Shown here piece after piece: positions 63,501 to 64,000 of a stretch of 64,000 nt of DNA. The notes under the pieces were generated by a model. That model saw nothing but the letters and a program-made list of their open reading frames with translations, had not been told where the DNA came from and made no database searches. The position numbers were made by a program, and so were the translations under genes. The stretch comes from a virus: positions 1 through 64,000 of IMG/VR virus record IMGVR_UViG_3300045988_098105; one strand, given 5' to 3'. Every line of letters starts with the position of its first letter. Within the stretch, counting starts at the first letter, position 1.

Positions 63501-64000
63501 GAAATTGGAGCGTGGAGACATCGACTTGAAGACTTATTATGAGCGCATGGACGATTTCATCCGTACCTACGTGGATAGTGACAATAAGTTTGATGCTGGC
63601 GAACATGACTATTCGGGCATTCATGCTATACAGGAAGTGGCTAAGTCTTCTGATCCTTACGATGATGCTGAGGCTATCGCTAGCGTGATGGATTCAGAAG
63701 CAAAGATGGAGAGTATCAAGAAGGGGTCTGTTAAGGACTATTGGGATAAGGTGAAGGCTGCTACCCAGTATTCTATTGATACTGACTATAAGAATGGTCT
63801 TATCAGCAGAGAGCTTTACGGTCATGTGTCTGATATGTTCAACTGGTATGTGCCTTTGAGAAAGTATGATGAGGCTACTGCAGAAGATACTTATGGCTAC
63901 ATTACTGAGCAGGGCGACCCGAAGAGCTATATCGGAAGCACGATCATGAGAGCGAGAGGACACAAGTATCTGAGTGAGACAAACGTGCTGGCTCAGATTG
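48571..64000 (+). CDS. giant multi-domain (polyvalent-type) protein, at least 5,143 codons, 3' end beyond the window
   Basis: ATG at 48571. I read the frame codon by codon to 64000 without meeting a stop. The track lists no + ORF in this frame (pos mod 3 = 1), consistent with one open frame that lacks a stop in the window. Motifs are DGNGR, EPSAGNG, NPPF, GDMTGIGKGRQ, DESH, QMRGRIDRTGQ, HEMLH and HEVVGH (coordinates in findings). Confidence 0.85.
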   Translation, partial: MAGDKFDQLYNALKADGAVSGTREHFRQFVYAPGKQGYHNRKQLYDALHADGAVSSNSYEEFAQRLGLHAVNPKPQQQKPVQPVKKQTMKQRAQEVAAQYQKSRQQKAQQPRTATTSGTDYMQNWKLMHMRNDQMNPMQQAQASNARARMQRAQEQSARQEQQRATPISRSRITPTAKNFNETMQQLSTPEARQARAKQQREDDARALAQYEVEGNKFVRNDGKTEGILGNDLLSLVDSSMNEAQELTRQQYQQNLDKMGGIYAPQSVKEQAFRDAQTQEQVNRQNVLMNNLSSKINEIYSQKGMQRHIAESAEKLNMSVEEYVDKYVTPEIMNYAQKALTMRNQEEIMPHGALDYIAKNLSNSIIGMVVAPSVMSRDTRQRLQEGIAIADGDTEIQKVAGHKDETYRSGIGTRFASTAVNMAADSGPLAVIGAGASAAVNTGTRVLTNGLVKAGVMKAAQKLTAQQMAFKVANMTTAQKIMSGLGTRTATGALNLAGYSGITAALNQASTGDDTSLQAIGEAGLKGAEHGAVTGAMFGVSGAIMLPWVSKFGITGMEKSTGERLLHGAQKFGATAAGLGVEAGTMMVADNVTGDKDISFGTWLEDVVMVGAFKAGEPSNFVKMGNILHHLTHNSGGNFVIGKNANGSPIAVDIRLTPDEKNELISSASGKNLMDAFVKVDRASKTAPRDPKYKTAYTDFMNDPEVSQSTKEKVNAAMGLFNTTRGKSYRSVNDVKNKQILEYTKNGTLLTRTSYKNADERRAILYKQKLYRDNDDMMSLMGYARMKDMQFLDDDGNVTNLAFRFLKENGYDENKDITDPNNARLINELRNQKSALYLDWEKYADKNGLLGYLRSESKGYTNNFMASIKELLGKEGSIVIDIDKIMRKDPMKRTDEENRIFYHVKRALEDELFPSWRPHADQSASQGKTVAEEHSLGTDNPDSGVVVDELRNLRNAEQALDAAMDSNDVFKQTFEQLHQQGLTPAQIYDALIQNGLLQEELTPLAQYINANARVQGMQQATADAIEENVKSFISDWSYHGTLNGQAMNGEQALYVQDNSGRTLLVGSGDVAFDQTSGRAKEGSGDMLVCLDPNTKGLVYVKADDVTLVLNQPIDQFAAEYRQRLQMKNSEPYNQAAQEQAMQDAAKPQPKEQEAPQDNTTKSEDSTTKEGDLTKVDTTLTKVDTTSGEDNTTNENLAPQEQPQQTRKFADGSDVPMATDSKGRPTPDYASMTPEQSAEILTEDFGDNAEKVVDGQIKKAENALKDAEKMKVDYTAEPNDIMEQEALKNQTIEAAKKQLDHAQNIKKAMTAKKVAETVGKTEQTEGAHEAGSVAAQKFVNAPRLVGNKRTRMLPDGETKIKGHYEIVPAESLTPSHDVNNDYKKSEGFPTDAEGRTVNDRDYEHDKAAQQNTGQIARKYNGMAIENVPVVSDEGIVYDGNGRTMAGQKAAKEGTDAEYINDLLENAENFGFTREQIEQSGIEHPRLVMVTDERLPYDAATFAKFNRNEKKTQSNTEQAVAKAKTLTSDEVGAIVAEIEGNGSLDAFFNNSKAINDLVKTLVDKGIIGQNEVAQMMDSPERLSAQGREYVKNLLLGSIFKPETIRMLGIDSTVKNKAINAIRSVMDNMKLGEFSLRDEIDQAIQLLYEARQGGNKVDTLLRTPDMFGEDAAKRYSSISQMMALALEGKVSDFRDLLDEYNRIAKARNTGEGNMFEAAPTKEELINEYLNFKKWQDYGTGHSENERGNDVSGVEEPQQEASGGNEPAEAERPRVEEADDLVNKELESRIEVTDEETETPSKYGPIMKQKILIDGDKEVIKVDEPNEKGEYTGSYYEYDGKKFGDLNEVVEHIDEANADKLTDVESDWQNKIDDYIAEHYPHHNGVRSRTPEEQAAYDAETEAMKNDPVLAQMRKDAENAYKEAEGPLPLLPKEEKPDPTFDPIAAAAAEFKKEHPLTEDEIMKADVDDLSKDMALDYLNGEVTDDLHRAIYESIFAKTRGQKTEPKVETSKTEPSADPMEGIKNAAEGFEKEKKAKIEKKPQQTADDAAVAASNKKVNDLWNMLKNAGNDEMSASFIGLNSRQLEVLPKLVSAMAENAYLRIKRGMHNLEDVVKEMRKEFAPAAKLFKKEDVDAIYEQMMNIRYRDGEQRMSLKDWADYYEKTSPKHQENLVGDSKSAEERKMAEKKFIDVVNLQLGFKHKFNGIVELRKIAERLGLKDIKDTDLQELAETAIVKRARGIASSESTNDAVKFERIKTLYENQPSLNQRDSERVMKQQYSTPAPYAFLADMYVKGNGKVIESALEPSAGNGMLTIGLPMDKVHVNDIDAQRLANLRRQGFKNVTSQDGTQPFADKDVDVVVTNPPFGSATTKEYDGYKISSLEGQMAINALESMKDDGRAAIIIGGKTEYAKNGSLNPKDKAFLGYLYSHYNVEDVINVDGSLYAKQGTSYPTRIILINGRRLNENAFPPVKDKARAEAVKDYDELYKRIEDDILRGERMDSSIGGETRSAQPELDKQGATGTPKERVRTGERGGSKPDGERESDLFDSTSVSGTHDDLENQRGTEPRQDGGLSDGDSRTDGTGTEPSTSKEPTTGTNEQRGNGSGGAGRNDTQPSADEPASTGSGSGPRGQLQRVDKSVRGLSTEKVTYAPKSENPFTLKAVMPADQQEAVNKNLEKLGDADQFLVDELGYNDKDDLYSHLAAEQVDSVALALQQAKKGNAFIIGDMTGIGKGRQAASLIRYAKKQGQVPVYFTKTAGLLSDVYRDLVDIGSPDLRPFVFGSAKEAAITDSDGNVVFALPSKSEVKRVLDYIEKNGKLPDEYDYVLTTYSQVSNGVYEFDENGARKEKKLAKGKTFGAAALSGQRRRDAIEKLMGNAYLILDESHTAGGNSGQGNYFQHIIQKAKNVTFFSATFAKRPDNMPIYALRTAMNEGGMKSSDLIDAVKRGGATLQEIMSQTLTQCGQMIRRERDMTGVTIDWKAIDDPERVQEQREQYDSIIGLFNDIINFQKKYVSSYVDERNDELAAIQSTIGIKKGTAALGIKNQPFASKAFNTVQQVLLSLKAKSAAERAIDYLKQGMKPVIALNNTNESQTGNLALGEEMDAPDLGTSLKKGLEGTLRYTQKDAKDNSESGYIKLSDLGDEAVEAYHELEKKIEQTSTGLSLSPIDVIKNELQKAGYKVGELTGRQTEFVYNDNGTVTKVKRADTDKKKLARDFNDGKIDALILNKSAATGISLHASSKYKDQKKRVMIVAQQQLDVNDEVQMRGRIDRTGQVARGAYEYVVSLIPAEQRLLMMFKAKLKSLDANTTSSQKSKFNEMEVADITNKYGDKVVREYMAEHLDLYARMADPFGWEKSNGDDLSRIDPQTLVASGSGVGDGEAGADASKLLGRMALLRVSEQEKMLQEIGELYANEIQRLNEMGENDLEITELPLKAKTLHKEVWKQGAEPGGDNAFADNTYIEKVNMAILKKPMKASEVKASQEGLTGGKTWDEYKTEKKAAVKEYFDQKIADETQKYEERAVKAATKAKEKYIKDAKKGQKDSGMSDEQIEKMAGYQYDNIYKQEKDKLNDVVKNLKAKAEMFERVLDTFDTNQTFVLPTDMNNPNELSGFGNSYGRLIDIKITDNFSPNASSVSFATLDGRRKITFPIAGKVGSGENKVDIIGSIDRMTKQAAGMGDNHIKVLNQDLNNWDRLTSNESRKDGYIVTGNLMQALVDSKDQGLGGQLVKYTTDTGEVKTGILMPDRFDPKGLTTDAPINSVTEKFELSSWHGGIDEVTSSDGEVKVKRIDNNRGYYYELRVPKSKAKGGKYFMDNDLLKLVNGNNFETRGNNMLAEFKPEQLKPVLDRLSKMGVKVQEERNTSEDEGTHFREDRGFQYSKTDTKDVKKGRIIPEDVDKNVSSQIEKRFDDEVERLYGSISDHPNVKRYAELMANKFANNQYVDTFDYDKKMQPTKKHDGLKTIIDSLDNKLKDIEKKYGIKQSDNIRDIERRVKEGQSLSEAIDDSRTNGGNGRLRNHAGGSDTGREGTGGSGERNAIRTLEGLRVLDEYKRAAIDKAAAERAREYLIERFNDFRHKYGLEEGDWASQDLAERIFNDNNSDKDVQKIFDRIRGLVEILGTKLRHGAESENRVKGYYNHPENFIHIDSDFLSAIRFTKQDLASTVCHEMLHVVTSDIINLYRKGYGDLLTESQRKAAKEVVDLYDEIKSYFDKHIGGTEPYALKNPAEMITELANPEWRKIAAQIPAQKGWFRRVFNAIKKMLGFHVDTTTDLDRLDKALENVIRNFDYERFQKGAELNNEIVESKVTDPELIKRLEEEPKIKVYRAMQVIDGKLYPPMAASVGGKLVEANELGQWIRADENPDLAIPDIDPKTGEQKVDKKTGELKWKFKLDKGGRDATGKKATDINAAYNPYWHMSRSPLNDQFKSAWIRPNIVVVECETPVSELSSGYKADRAKDAVGEVDWKSGSVSGEVFKQTGRARKVILSRWCKPVRVLDDAEVAQKAKGFIGDAKVEIPENVLTPKQRIAFEEAGFKIGAPEKGVKKSEQIMEALEKGLTIDNTVLPDDGTKFRTDHGDGNYPTSSVENHVEKVAQKTGAKVNMVSSVDEINNKAAKAAIEKGRKITGWYDEKTGEVHLYMPNIHDRYTAEKTIWHEVVGHKGMRELFGDERFDKFLREVWYDLDKPENAALKKLVDEERKFNPLNIYDAIEEGIARLAEDGKGEAGFWNGIKNKVSDFLHEIGYRIAPNTKDVKYLLWLSKNLQKNPNDPYWKLRAEAVKYRLDHERMPAVVAHDGMFYGNDGKVRSMDNLTKAEWNEATDGEIHFRTTPSAGTALDRYHRSLGEHGYMFTESYMDNMLSLKKLMNAIVPDKKIEDIASSENPYILQSTMQGAMSDAAQMFERNVMKPLDKAMAGVLDAFDGKKDDEKIRNFNLYMITKHGLERNRILYVRDALKYMRMNEKTKKLADTVEFDWNNEKATLDEKLERGDIDLKTYYERMDDFIRTYVDSDNKFDAGEHDYSGIHAIQEVAKSSDPYDDAEAIASVMDSEAKMESIKKGSVKDYWDKVKAATQYSIDTDYKNGLISRELYGHVSDMFNWYVPLRKYDEATAEDTYGYITEQGDPKSYIGSTIMRARGHKYLSETNVLAQI
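52083..52124 (+). repeat. perfect 21-nt tandem duplication inside the giant ORF
   Basis: TTTAACAAAAGTTGATACCAC occurs twice (52083..52103 and 52104..52124). It is in frame and encodes LTKVDTT twice. Confidence 0.95.

Noticed and set aside
1-64000. Stop-codon reassignment as seen in some Bacteroidota-infecting phages
   Set aside because: Every large gene, including the 15-kb ORF, terminase, portal and integrase, is intact with standard stops, and gene ends coincide with ordinary junctions.
1-64000. CRISPR arrays, rRNA, canonical tRNA genes, reverse transcriptase/DGR or retron elements, transposases
   Set aside because: I looked for regularly spaced direct repeats, GGTTCGAATCC-type T-arms and YxDD motifs and found none. 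Only the degenerate tRNA-like element at 31016-31116 turned up.

Overview
The window is one contiguous segment of a temperate tailed-phage (Caudoviricetes) genome. I saw no cellular housekeeping genes, rRNA, canonical tRNA or CRISPR array. The host is probably a member of the Bacteroidota. This is an inference from TAnnTTTG-type -7 boxes ahead of operons, a Bacteroides-type tyrosine integrase and a DWLLxGxG-type HTH repressor.

Layout:
- 1-6046 (-): tail fibres, virion proteins, putative major capsid and scaffold.
- 6190-15437 (+): putative portal, head-associated proteins, large terminase and a 917-aa protein.
- 15558-16431 (-): two-gene moron-like cassette with a rhomboid intramembrane protease.
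- 17585-19227 (+): lysis cassette (holin, amidase endolysin, unimolecular-spanin candidate) plus an HTH gene.
- 19341-30902 (-): early/accessory block with a small methyltransferase, small ORFs, NinB-like protein, MBL-fold hydrolase, RecT, Rad50/SbcC-like ATPase, dUTPase, HNH homing endonuclease and a NinG/Rap-like nuclease.
- 30903-31781: gene-free, hairpin-dense region.
- 31782-33678: lysogeny module (Cro-like, CI-like, integrase).
- 34267-37021 (+): small genes including an ASCH-domain protein.
- 37062-43366 (-): about 30 tightly coupled small early genes including YopX.
- 43899-44398 (+): second HTH regulator plus a membrane peptide, bracketed by GC-rich hairpin repeats.
- 44469-45141: non-coding repeat region.
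- 45211 to beyond 64000 (+): late operon of three low-complexity proteins, then one uninterrupted ORF of at least 5,143 codons.

Most notable observations:
1. The giant multi-enzyme ORF carries ParB-like, N6-MTase, strawberry-notch-type helicase and two HExxH motif blocks.
2. A 16-nt motif, GTTGGAACACGGCAAA, sits exactly 18 nt upstream of a -7 box in front of all four late operons.
3. The phage encodes a rhomboid protease.
4. Several unexplained non-coding elements remain.

All functional calls come from reading motifs by eye. No database search was run.
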